Shown here: positions 25,701 to 38,583 of the stretch, piece after piece | How positions within the stretch are numbered: the stretch's first letter is position 1 | How the letters are laid out: the number at the start of each line of letters is the position of its first letter | Assembly: GCA_045837725.1 (NCBI GenBank) | Contig: JBEWZL010000119.1 | Span: 62,001-126,000, forward strand | DNA from: Vermamoeba vermiformis | Lineage: Eukaryota | Direction of reading: 5' to 3' | Length of the DNA: 64,000 nt | Translations under genes and position numbers: made by a program | The notes under the pieces: generated by a model | The model's database searches: none | Seen by the model: the letters and a program-made list of their open reading frames with translations, nothing else | What the model was told of the DNA's origin: nothing

Positions 25701-26870
25701 AATGGTGTCAACTACGTCATGCAAGACGCCTTTGTCACGATGAAGGGTCGCATGTCTGGTGTTGTCGCCAAGAGCTGGAAGATGACTGAGAGACTCACCA
25801 CCATCACTTGGGGTGCTCCTCGTCCTATCCCTTCGCAATACACTGCTGCCATTCGTCAAGCTCTGCAACAAGAGCAAGGTCTGACTCAAACAGCGCAAGA
25901 CACGTACTTTGGTGGCAAGAACCTCGCTGCCATGGGTCGATTGGCACTCATCGCTGACGAACTCGGCGAGACTGCCATTGCTAGTGGCATTCGCGGTCGC
26001 TTAAAGGCTTCCCTTGAGCGCTGGTTCACCAGTCAAACACCTGATCGCTTGGTGTATGATCGCACTTGGGGTGGTGTTATTTCATCCAACGGTATCAATG
26101 ACCGTGGCGCTGACTTTGGCTACGGTTGGTACAACGACGTACACTTCCACTTGGGCTATTTCGTCTACGCATCTGCTGTAGTCGCCAAGGAAGACTCGGC
26201 CTGGGCTGATCAATGGGCCCCTGCTGTCAACGACCTCGTTCGCTGCTTCGCCAATCCAGTACACGACGCCAACTTCCCCGTCACGCGCATGAAGGACTGG
26301 TATGCCGGCCACTCATGGGCTTCGGGTCTGTTCGAGTTCGGTGACGTCAAGAACCAAGAGTCATCGTCCGAGTCCATCAACGGCTACTACGGCCTCTATC
26401 TCTGGGGTCTGGCGCGCAACAACGCCAACTTGCGTGACCTCGGTCGGCTCATGCTCGCTCAAGAGATCCGTGCTACCAACAAGTACTGGCACATGGATGG
26501 TAAAAGCAACGAAATCTACGACCAAGTCTTCGCTGACAACGGCTGTGTTGGTATTCTCTGGGGTACTAAAGTCGACTTTGCTACTTGGTTCGGCGCTAAC
26601 CTCGAGTTCATCATGGGCATTCAAATGATGCCCTACACACCCATCAGCGAGGAGTACATGGTGCCTTCGTGGATCCAGACTGTCTATCCTCGACTCTCCA
26701 CCGCTCTCACACGCACTACGCCTCCTCTCGACGTCGGCTGGCGAGGCTTCATCTACATGGCTCAAGCTGTGATTGACAAGGCTACTGCTTGGAACAATGT
26801 CAACACCCTCACCGGTTACGACAACGGTAACAGCAAGACTAACACGCTCTATTGGGTCGCGACGCGTTAG
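22758..26870 (+). CDS. secreted endo-1,3-beta-glucanase (GH81) with two N-terminal Cys-motif/NIDO units and a P/T linker
   Basis: Signal peptide MTVYRLILLLAALLAVASA; 2x (FYPFG..GDD..GSNGLISFG..FIA..W.D..IYYR..TWF.VG..T[FW]Q.VL.TDG); GH81 motifs PYPTNSW, GSPYIT, DTYFGGK, YNDVHFHLGY, KNQESSSESIN. Confidence 0.9.
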
Positions 26871-27052
26871 ATCTGAACTGTCAATTCACGACTTACTCAT
26901 GTTTATAAATAGTGTACAAAGCGTTTTTTTCATTAAACAATTATTCAAAACACTTGTTGATTGTTCTGCTTGTCTAAACATGTGTTCAAAAAGTGGCTTT
27001 GCATCATGTCAACACCAGTTGGAAACCCACAAGAGCCTAAAAACAGTTTCAA

Positions 27053-28501
27053 ATGCACGCAAAATTATTGGCAGTATTTTGTTTATTACTTGCTGTGAGC
27101 TACGAGCGATACAATTCCACAGTAATCCTTCCTTTAAGCGGCAGCGTTATGGATGGCTTTTCAGCAATTATACAGCGTAAGAATTCGTTTCAAATATTAA
27201 GCGTATTAATAAAACAATAGTCGGTACTCCAGCGCAAGTGTTTCTCGTAATGATAGATACGGGATCTTCAGACTTGCTTATTTACAACTCAGATTGTCGA
27301 GAATGCGGCGCGCACAGATATAATGATTCGCAATCCACGACAGGTAACATAATTTTTATGGCACTTTTCATATTGACAAGTTAAGCGTAGGGTCCGTCAT
27401 CAGCTGTCATTCACCGAACTTTACGTAAGTTAGTCTATATACTCCCATTAGTACGTATTAACAGTTACATTCAGCTGTGATGGTTGTGGAAAACACGATG
27501 AGTGCTTGTTTGATAGCGCGTTTGTAAGTGCAGATCAAGTCTTTCTTGAACGCAGAAATTTTATTTATGATGGCAGGGCGATGGAGCCGAAGGAAACGGA
27601 ACAGTGTTTAGTGACATGATTACTTTGGGTGAAAGCGGTGCTCGAACGACTTTCGGTGCAATAAGCTACGCCAACAAAGAGCTGAAAGAGGTCGGTGACA
27701 CTGCACTCAATTTGCAATCTGATGCTTAGTTAGAGCCCATTTGACGGAGTATTTGGCGTGTCAACTCAACCTGACAATTCGTGGGGAGGTACACAGCTTA
27801 AACTTTATTCTTTAATATGCTAACTGGGACTATTTAGGAGCACCATCGTGGTTGGAGTGGGCCAGACACAATCATCAAGACCAAGTGTTCTCTTTGTGTC
27901 TTCAGTCAGCCAACCCGAGCATGACACTTGGCTCCAGCAAATCCAGCTATCAGTGGACACCAATGTACGGCGCGTATATGACCATTGCATTGTTAGATGT
28001 AGCCGTGGAGGGGAAATCAGTCGCCTTGTCAAACACTACAGCGGCGTACATTGACAGCGGTACTACAGTCAACTTTGTGAATCAGCAGGTACTGAAGAGC
28101 ATGTGGCATATCATGCGTGGCATGTGCTCTCGAGTGCAGTTGAAGGGGGTCTGCAATGTACCACACAACGAATCGATATTCGCTGGCAACTGTGTTGCGA
28201 TGCAGCGAGCAGAGATCGATCAATTTCCTCCTATCAGCTTCACATTCGAAAGCGTGGCACCACTGACACTAGAGCCCTCCCACTACCTCTTCAGCACCTT
28301 CGACGCTGGTCAAGAGGTCTATTGTTGGAGCTTCTATGCCAATGGTAAGCATAATTAATCAAACTCCATTCACCTGATAGTGTTACAGACGACGCTTCAG
28401 AAGACGCAATTTTAGGCAACACGTTCATGCGCGGGTTTAATGTCGCTTTCAGCGCTTCAGATCTGGAAGTTGGATTCGCTGATGTTAGCTCGTGTCCATA
28501 G
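27053..28501 (+). CDS. secreted pepsin-family (A1) aspartic protease
   Basis: Signal peptide, LGTPAQVFLVMIDTGSSDL, FDGVFG, YIDSGTT, ILGNTFMRGFNVAF...VGFA over about 7 exons. Confidence 0.88.
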
Positions 28502-28788
28502 TTGTTTTACGCTACACGGACGGATTGATCACACGAAACATCAGACAACAGATTTATTAGTAATTTTGTGCTAGTTACATTTGTAACGCTGTTGAATTGT
28601 TTGCTGAAAACAAGGGAAATTAAAGTCGCGAATGACCGTGCATTAGTACCACAAATAAACTGTGTTGTCTTCACCACCGCGCCCCACTTCTCTGAATAAG
28701 TAGACTGGTATATCTTCACCGGTGCACTGCCTCTTCTGAGCGGTACTGTAGCACACGCTCGCAAATGAATCGTTGACAGGCCCGATGA

Positions 28789-29621
28789 TCAAGTCACGTC
28801 ACGCAGATCAAATGTCAACAGTTCGCCTCGACTCAGTCCAGTCGTATCATCGATAAGTGGTTGTACTTCAGGTGCGTGATTGACACGTGTCAACAGCGTG
28901 TCATTGGGGTCACTCCAAACAGCTGCGGTGTCGTTCAAGCGCGCTTTCTTGTTGAGTTGTGAGCACGTGTTGATGTCTTCGAGCTCAGCCTGAGTGATGT
29001 TATTGTTGCTATATATACTGCTCGTAGTCTCTGTCGGCATGAGTTGACTGGATTCGCATTCAACGTGTTTGCGTTTGCGTATCTGTCTCGGCAGTACAGT
29101 AGTTGTGTGCGAGCTAATTATGTGGTCGTTCAAATTGTTTTCTTCTAATGGATACAAGCACTATAACAGTCAAAGAGTTAAGGCTTTAGAAAGTAAAACA
29201 AATCTGGTGTGGAATTGGCTAAGAAAAGGGATCTTGTTTAAAAGATACGATTGGAGTCTTCTTGCGTTAGATAACAACGCATTTGTTCTTCGGGTGAGTG
29301 GGGTCATCATCGTGATGCAGGTGCAGTACTTACCCGAATTTTACTTTAATTTAAAAAAAATATTCAAAAATTAATATTAATTTCTGACAATGCTAATAGC
29401 TTGAAAAATACAATAATAATAATAATGCATAATTTATGCGGCAGTATTAGAATAATTTTAAAGTGACGTACCTTGGAGCACAGCCAGATCAAATCAAGAT
29501 CAATATTTAGGTAAGTTGGCCGAAGCTTGCCCTTTTGACATTTCGGACAATAAGTCTCCTCTACAATTATATTCTGCATGCTGCTTGATGGGTCAGTACC
29601 TCCTCCATCGTACGTTGTCAT
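28789..29621 (-). CDS. hypothetical protein with N-terminal C4 zinc-ribbon-like motif
   Basis: CPKC...WLCSK|CLYPLE joined by a GT-AG intron (~29471-29161), followed by a low-complexity tail with KRK. Confidence 0.55.
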
Positions 29622-29933
29622 CTGAGCGAATAAATAACTTCAAATGAATTTTTTGGCAGCGTTACAACCGGACGGCCAGGGGTTAAATTTTTTTTTTTTC
29701 GTGGGTGGTTTTTTTTTGGAAAATTCCTTTTTTTTTCCCCCCATCAAAAAGGCCCTTGACAAGTCTGTACCAGTGCACATTCAGGAATACTAGGCGCCCT
29801 AAGAGCACGATTTGATATGCTTTACACGAAATAGCCCTTTGTTCTTTCAGAGCGCGTCGGTTCAGAAGTTCCAAATTTAGAACGTTGCCGTTTGTGGTTC
29901 CAGGCATAAAACAGCCGTTAAAGTTTTTCAACC

Positions 29934-31375
29934 ATGATTATGCGAACACAACTAATATTTTGCATTGCATTATTATGTTTAAACTCCACGCAATGCTTTC
30001 AGTTTGAGCCGTTTACAAAAGGCAATCTGTTGGTGCTGAAAAAGTTTCGTAAGCAGCGGTTTCGAGTCTTTACCTTTTTAATAACAAAGTAAAACAGGGC
30101 AACCTTTTTCGGCGAATAGAGATTGCGTTGCAGGTGCAATCGCTGAAGTTACAGTGGACGGTCAGATCGTGCAAGAAGTTCTTCTTCCTACCAATGCAAC
30201 GTAAGTCTCATATTTAAGAGCAATAATAATATTATAAGGTTTTTATAGTTAACAATAAAGATTTTAACAAGATTCGCAATTTGATAAACTATTTTAGGGA
30301 AGGTCCGGCTTGCCTCTTGTTCCCTGGAAACTTTAAAAGTCGTTCAACAATAAGTGTCGATGGGTATCTAGCGATTATCCCGTGTTGCAATTTGGATCCC
30401 GATCCTGCAGTTACAACACTGCAGATTAGTTTTGCTTTCGTTCACGGCAATGGTAAATTCGAAGTTACTGATATCAGTAACTTTAAAGTTTTCAACGATG
30501 GAACATATCCTGTTAACGCGGTCAATGATGGCACCCGCATCTATTTCAGTCTTCTCGGGGACAGTGTATGGTCCGCCGTAGGCAGCAGCCCGATTCTTAT
30601 CTACCAACAGGCAAGTGTCAATGCGTTGCTTATTCACAATGGTAGCCTCTATGCATCGAATTGGGAGACTTTGCCGTGCGCAATTATTAAACTTGGCGAC
30701 GGTCTGCCGATCAACGGCCAGACTTCTCAATCGGACTGTTTGTTGCCCGCGCAAACTGCAGATTGCTTTATGTTCATGGACAATTTATTGATCGTAAGTT
30801 ATTATCCGACTGGATTGAACGTGTACAACGCAACCAGTCTGGACCTATTGAGCTCCTCAGACACTGGTGGCGAGGTTGTGCAATTTGTCCCGTTATTTGA
30901 TCAAAACAAAGTCATTGGACACGTTTTTGACGATCCACCGAGCATATACACGTACACTTGGAACAACAACACACGCATGGTAACGGACAAGCAGATCTTT
31001 CTAACGTACGACGCCACGGCGTTTTACTACAGTCCCACCCTCGTGCCCATCAACAGCTGCAAAGATGGATTGAAGAACTTTGACGAAACTGACGTGGACT
31101 GTGGTGGATTGAATTGTGCGGCGCGATGTGAGTTGGGTCAAAGCTGTGCCAGTGATGAGGATTGCGTCAACAACACTTGCATTGGAGGTACTTGTGGCAC
31201 TGTGCCAGTAGCGCCCGTGGCTCAACCGATGGCACCAGCGGCTGCAGAGCCAATCAGTGCACTCCCTCAAGCCCCTCCTGTTGTGCCCAAAGCCAAGACA
31301 AGTGTTGGATCTCAGATAATAATGACAAGTGTTGTAATTGTTGTCTCTCTTTCAGGTTTGTTTAGCTTGTATTAA
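29934..31375 (+). CDS. secreted, probably GPI/TM-anchored protein: beta-rich domain plus Cys-rich ETDVDCGG module
   Basis: Signal peptide MIMRTQLIFCIALLCLNSTQC, PFTKGNLLVL, CKDGLKNFDETDVDCGGLNC..C..C..C, P/A stalk, hydrophobic C-terminus. Confidence 0.7.
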
Positions 31376-31466
31376 TAACATAAAATGCCCTCGTGCTAAA
31401 ATTCAATAGATATTGCACTTACAACATCACCAACACTTACTGTATTCACATGACTACACGATATAT

Positions 31467-34134
31467 ATGAAAGCGACTAGCACTTATTTAACATTATTCC
31501 TCTGCTGTCTTGGGCTAGTGCAGCTCTCGCAGCAACTTTCAGCAGATCTGCGTCAAAAAATAGAAGAAATTGAAACGGTAAGTATATGTTACATATACAT
31601 TATAGTATTGCTTTAATTTTCATCTTTAGTTCGCGAGAGAATTAATAATAATTTTTTTTCAATTTCAGAGTGCTCAAGCACCCTTTATGATCGACGTATT
31701 ATTGCTGGGTACTAATAATAGTCCCTTTAATGTCAATCCGAATTATTTGTCGTCATTGCTATCAGATCTGCAGTCGACATATTCACCGACAATCATTGAC
31801 TTAAAACAAGCGCTGGCAGTCAATTATTCGATGATTTACAACGTCAAATCGATTGACAATGGCAATGAATACGAAGCACTATTAAGGCAACACTTGACTA
31901 AGGTACACTAATAATTCTCAACGCATCTGCCTCACTAACACGCTTTTTAGGCCTCAACTTCAGATCCAATGCGCAGTGCCGAGTACGAGATTGATACAGA
32001 GCACTTGACTAAATACTTCAGTCAATTATGCGACATTTACTCGCTAGATCCCGTCAAGCCTGAAGTAAGCTCTATCTATAGTGAAGTGCTTGCGCTAATT
32101 TCATCGCTAAAAATAGATGCGTGTGTATACCATATTTGTCGTGCACGCCAACAAGCGGAATATTGTGCCATCAGAACCAGCCCTGGAGTACCACTACAAA
32201 GTGGCCAATCAGGGCCCTGCAGCCTCAGTCTGGATCGGCCCTGGTCGCTGGCTGGTGATCGATCTATCGTCAGGTCCAGCACGTCCTTATGGTCCATTAG
32301 AGACCTCTGCAGGCACTGTTGGCGTGCACTCACTGCCCTCGAATGTGCTCGATGCAGAGTACGTCGTTTGACATTTTTTGACACTCTGTCTGACGTTCAA
32401 CCAATCAGAAGCGTCGCTGATCACGTGGCCTCGCTGTGTCTGTCAGCACTCAAACACGTGCTCATTCCTGATTTGGAATATCTCGTTACACGTGATGACA
32501 ACAAAGTACGTCAAAATATTAAATGGAAGGTCTGAGCTAACTTTCCTAATTAGGTAATCATTCCACTGATCGTATTCAGCGATCACAATAAATTTGACCC
32601 GTGGGAAGACATGACACGTGGCATTGACCTGTCACAGATCAGACGTCAAGTGTCAAAGATGTTCCTGCACGGTCAAGAAGTGCAACTCTTCCCCGCACTG
32701 CACTCGCTGCACGCACACAAACACGTGTCAGTCGCGCTGTACAAATCACTGCGCACACTGAATGACTACCACGCGGACAAGCAAGGGTAATGCTGGACAC
32801 TATTCACCTCTCAATGTCATGCACTCACAGCTAGTCCCGTCTAGGCTGTTCAAGGTCAGCACTCGCACTTACCTCGACGGCGTGTCACTGCTGCACGAAC
32901 TCAAATCAGTGCCTGACCTCTTGGCCGAGGGACTGTTGGGCGATCTCGTGGACTTGAAACAACTCATGCCTGAACTCAAACTGCCCGGCAAGGTAAGTCA
33001 ATGCTAATGAGTGATTGACAGACCTCTTGTCTGATTCGATGGCAGAGCGAGGGTCTGAGCAAAGGTGTGCGCATCTTGCCAGTGTACATCTTTTCACTCA
33101 ATAATGCTGAGCCCAATCTCGTGCTCGATAATGGTGCCCTATATGAGGCGTAAGTCAATCATATCAATGACTTAATATGACTCATATTGACCCCGCTTTA
33201 GTACTTCTGAGGGTGTGGTCGTGTTGCAAACTCTGCAGCGGAATATTTCAGTGCCGTACTTCACTGACGATCACGTGACCACATTAGACGGATTGAACAC
33301 GATCAAGAACATCATTGCAGGTAGGATAATATCATATTAACACTACTGAAACTGACTCAAATTCAGGCTTGAGCATTGCTCTTGGAGGTGTCACCGAGCC
33401 AACGCTGCATTATTCGCGCATTCGTGAAGGATTTGTTGAGGAGTATTTGTGGGCTGTGGGGTAAGAAATAATATCGAGATATTCGCATTATAATTAACAT
33501 CTTACTTAGTTACCACCCATTCGGACCCTTCGCGCATTCAGATCACTTGTCTGACATCTTTTCTGACGCTGTCATTCGCAATCACTTGACGAGCAAGTTG
33601 CACGCAGCAGTACACAATGTGCGAAAGATCATCGAAGAGGTGATATCTTTGCAAAAGTTTATTTGTCGATTGACGATCGCAAGTTGATCACGTGGGAAGA
33701 TCTCTTGTCACGTGCTGGCAACAAGCCCATTGAAGCGTTCAATACCAAACTGCTCGGTTTCTTGGGCTCAGTCCACAACCACTTGAAGTTGAGCACGGGA
33801 TATTTGCAGCACTACGAGTGAGTACTCAACTACACTGTTACCACAGACTAATGTTTCAAACTGTAGTTTGGCCATGGCCTCGCCTCTGGCCGAGTCAGCT
33901 TATCAAGCCAGTGTGTTGGGCCTCACAGCAGTCAGAAATGATTTGGCACAGTTAAGTTTGACCATTGAATGCTGCGCTCAACGAACTCCTAACAAAGCAC
34001 GTGGTCTGCCTTGGTTAGAACTAGCGCGTGGCTTGTTGTTTGCACTGATCGTGTTTGTCGTGGTCAGAGTGTTGACTGCGCGCAGAAAACTGCGACCAAG
34101 TGACATCGAGTTCAAGCGCAAAAAAGAGCAATAA
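31467..34134 (+). CDS. conserved uncharacterised type-I membrane protein (resembles the plant At4g16180/At5g58100 family)
   Basis: Signal peptide; WIGPGRWLVIDLSSGPARPYGP, ILPVYIFSL, YLWAVGYHPFGPF; C-terminal TM and basic tail; many introns. Family assignment is from memory. Confidence 0.7.
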
Positions 34135-34174
34135 AAAGTGTCACGACACAATTAAGCAATCGTATTTACTGCCA

Positions 34175-36152
34175 TTAAGGCTTCCACAACTTCAACAAAC
34201 CTTCGTCGCTGTAAGTGCACAACAAATTTCTGTGCGGGTGATGCGACAGACCAATCACTTCGCGCTCGTGTACTTTGGGAATAATGTGCTCGAGTTTGCT
34301 CGTGGCAGTGGAGAAACAATAGAGCGTGTTGTCTTCTGTCACACCGTAGATCCACTCGCCCTTTGGTGACACGGTGAAGGACACAAAGTCTGCTTTCTCT
34401 TTTTGACCCGATGAGAATGATTTAATGACCTAATGGAGGATACTTAAAATCAACTCTATGTAGTACAAAAGCCTTTGTCTTACCTGTCCCGTGATGCTCA
34501 TCACGTACAGCACAGGTGATCTGTTGGACACGACGAATTGGTCGTTGGTGCGCGGCAACATGTGCAGCGCAGTGACAGCGAGTTCAGAGGTGAGATTGCC
34601 AGGCGTGAATGTCTGCACGCAATCAGTGGTCTTGCTGTCCCACACACGGATAGTGCCATCACTTGACGCTGACACGACGGAGTTGCCATCAGCGCTGAAC
34701 ACTGCCTCGTTGACATAACTCGTGTGACCGCGGAATATCTTCAATGTCTTGCCGGATTTAATGCCGTGGATTCTGATCAGAAGTCAGATATTGCCTAATA
34801 AGGAAAGAAAAGTAGTTCATACCTGACAGTTTGATCGAACGAGCCAGACAAAATTTGCATGCCGTCCTTGGAGAATGACACGCACGTGACACCTCCAGTG
34901 TGCGCTGCATCGAATCGTCTGAGACACTTGCCAGTGCGGATCTGCCACACCTTGATTTGTCCGTCTTGACTGCCACTCACGAGATGTTCGCCGTCCTTGG
35001 TGAAATTCAAGCACAACACGCTGGTCTTGTGCGCCATCAACTTGTCTTCAGCTTGGTACTGCAATTCTTTCTTCAATTTGCCTGTCATAAAGTCCCACAC
35101 TTCAATGAAGCCGTCCACACTGCCTGTCACCAAGAACTGCCCGTCAGGTGAAAATCGAGCACATTCTGCGTGCACTTTTTCTCCGAATTTAATTGAGCGC
35201 TCCATTCTGCGCGGAAATGTCTCCGCTTCTTCTTTCTCAGGACCCTTGCCGCGGAACAAATCGTGTTGCGCTCCTGCGGGCAATTGTCCTTGCAACTGTT
35301 GATATTTCAATGCTTGGCCTAATAATAGCAACAATCGAGACGGCGGTGCCACCACAATTTCCTTTAAAATATCTATATTTGGTAATTAATAAGCGAGCTA
35401 TTGTGAAATTTCAAACTAGCGTACCTTCAGCTAATTCCGCTCGTTTCTTTTCTTTAGTAACGCCCGAATAAAGCTAAAAACAATATTATTAATGCCCTAT
35501 ATATATGTTAATATAATTCATGCCGTACATCTTTTGGATCTGAATAGCCGCGAGCAATCATGTGTTCTAAGCGCAAATATCGTTCAGGCTGTTCTTGTTT
35601 CAACAATGACATGGGCTTAGTCTGTCTTAATAGTGCTCGTGCTACTTCTGTTTCTTTTACTTCGACGAGCTCTAATACAATCTATAGGAATAAATTAGAA
35701 CCGAAGCTGAAGAGTAGATCTGGCTTACCTGTTCGTAAAGGTTTGTCATCTTATTTAAAGGAATTTTCAATGGTGAAATAGCTGCTAGTACGTGGTCCCA
35801 ATTGCCATTTTTAATATTATTTGATAGTGTTTCCATATTATCGACAGCGTTCAAAGAGACTTGAGACTCTTTCTGTATTGTGCGAAAAAATAAATTAATA
35901 TTTAATAAAATATTGGGAGATAATAGCACGAATAAATAAGCTGTTACAAATTATTTAGAATTTTTTTAACGAGATGGATCCAAAAGCATAAACTTTTCTT
36001 ACCTGTAGAGTATCGAAAGAGTTCATAAGCCCTTGTTCTTTCAAAAATTGTAATACGAGGCGAATAACACTAGTTCAAATCAGTTACCGAATTAACTTCA
36101 CAAACTCGCCATCTATCACTTACTCGCCGGATTCTACTTCTATTAAGCTCAT
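34175..36152 (-). CDS. SMU1: spliceosomal WD40 protein SMU1
   Basis: [82 protein letters not shown]...LKLWKP. Confidence 0.96.
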
Positions 36153-36373
36153 TATGAAGTGTGTATCTTAACGAACTAGCTTTGTGCTTGCTGGTGTTAT
36201 CAAGTAAAAATAAACTGCCGTCCAAAATGTAAATATTTCTGTTCTACCAGATCTCACGCGATCGCAAATAATTATTCATAAGGTGATATTTATTAACATC
36301 GTATTTGACAGCATCACGCAAGAGCGGATTCGAGTCCAAATCTCTCGCGTTCAGCCCTTCAAAATTGTTTTTC

Positions 36374-38485
36374 TTAAGCGTGGTGACCGTTGACTTTCGG
36401 CACGTCCTCCGAGCTCTGAATTTCGCGCAAAGACTTATCAATAATCTTAATGCACTCGTTCATTTCGCTCTCGGTGATCACCAAAGGCGGGGCCAGACGA
36501 ATGATGGTCTCGTGCGTGGGCTTGGCCAAGAGACCGTTCTTCTTCAAGGCAATGCACACGTCCCAAGCAGTGCGGGTGTATTCGGGGTCCATTTCAATCG
36601 CGCAGAACAGACCACGACCGCGCACAGACTTGATGAAGGGGAATTCTTCTTGGAACTTGCGCAGCGTGCTCAACAACTTGTTGCCCATTTGTTCAGCGCG
36701 CTCGACAAGCTTCTCTTGCTTGATCACTTCCAAGGCTGCAATGCCAACAGCCGAGGCGAGAGGATTGCCTCCGTAAGTACTTCCGTGCTCGCCTGTCATT
36801 GACACGTGTCAGTCAGTCACTTCCAACAATGTTTCACGAAGGCACTGTTACTCACCAGGTTGGATGCACAACATGATTTCAGCATCAGCCAAGATCGCAG
36901 AGAGAGGCAGGACTCCGCCTGAGATAGCCTTGCCCAGGACTACAATGTCCGGACGAATGCCTTCCCATTCAGAGGCCAACAATCTGCCCGTGCGACCGAG
37001 ACCAGTCTGGATCTCATCAGCAATGAACAAGACGTTGTGTTGTTTGCAGAGTTCGTAGCATTGCTTCAAGTAGCCCTCGTCGGGAATGACGACACCGGCC
37101 TCACCTTGAATAGGCTCCACTAAGAATCCGCACACTTTTTCTCCGTACTAAAAACACATCTGTCAGTTTCTGGTTCTGTGTGTGGCAATGCTAATAATAA
37201 GCAACACTAGTGTTGTAGCTTTACTTACTTGTTCCAAAGCAGTCTTGAGAGCTTCGACGTTGTTGTATTCAACTTGCACGACGCCAGGAATGAAGGGACC
37301 AAATCCATCGCGAGCAGAAGGATCGTTGCTCATGGAAATGATGGCCAAAGTACGGCCATGGAAGCAGCCCTTGCAGGCAATAATGACACCCTCGTATTGA
37401 GGGATTTTCTTCTTCATGTAGCCCCATTTACGTGCCAATTTGAGCGCAGTTTCAACAGCCTCAGCACCTCCGTTCATCGGCAACATCATGTCGTATCCAA
37501 AATACTCTGTGGCATACTATTAAATGAACAGTTGTTAGTTCAGAGTCTCCAGATTACATTGCAAAAGCGCGGCAAAAAAAGATTTGAGAATTGGTTGAGA
37601 TGTGAACGAAACGAAGATTCGATTGAAAAATATAAATTATTGGGTGAATTGGCTTATAATTAACTAACGATAAAATATAATATTAAATTAAAATTGTCAT
37701 GTTAAGGCCGCCGGGCCAAACGAAAATCCATCGCGAAGTCATCCAACCAACACAATTTATCTGTTTTGTGTTAATAAGGGCTTACCTTAGCAAAACGGGG
37801 GAACACCTCGTTATAGAATGCTCGGCTGCTCAAAGTAATGCGATCAGCTTGGTCTTTCAACGCGCCAATGATCTTTGGATGACAATGACCTACGCAATTA
37901 AAAAATTGTAAGAATAATGGTCTTAATATATTATGACGACCAATTTAACTATTAAGATAAATAAAAGAGTGCTATTACAATATTTGCAAAATCGTGGATT
38001 GTTCTAGATTCAGTGCTTGCAAGTATTAAAGTCGAAACGTCTGATATTACCTTGGTTCAAAGCAGAATAGGCACTGAGGAAGTCAAAGTAGTGCTTGCCC
38101 TCAGGATCCCACACATCAACTCCTATTTAACAAAGGGACACGATCAGAAATTATTCTTGAACCATAAAATATTGAATAATTTTATTTACCCTTGGCTTTG
38201 GCGAACACAACGGGAAGAGGATGGTAGCTGTTCATATAATAGCATTAGAAGCGAGTTCTAAACGTTGCAATAACAAAGAGTTTGGATTTCGTAAGAATGA
38301 TTTCACTGTTGCAAAGCGCAGCTGTAGACTTACTTATGGGCAGCGTGCTTCTCCTCCATATGAATTAACTGCTCACTGGGCAATGCTTTACCAGGGCAGT
38401 AGTCGGGCTGTTCTTCTTCGATGTCGTAGTGCACGGGACATCTGCTCTTTTCATTGGAGGTTAAAGTAACTACTACTTGCGACAT
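36374..38485 (-). CDS. OAT: ornithine aminotransferase
   Basis: [85 protein letters not shown]. Confidence 0.95.
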
Positions 38486-38583
38486 TGTTTGGTTTGTAAG
38501 GGGTTAATATAGTTGGGTTTACGGTAGTAACACTTTTCTCATCACAGAAACAACAATAGACTAAGCCTTGTTGTTTACACTTG

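Noticed and set aside
29240-29312. Intronic box C (ATGATGA, minus strand) with a small hairpin
   Set aside because: No downstream CTGA box D or terminal stem found.
29745-29925. Foldable stems here and at ~43245-43320, ~59460-59570 and ~62075-62260
   Set aside because: Helices are short and G-U dependent; not distinguishable from chance by eye.
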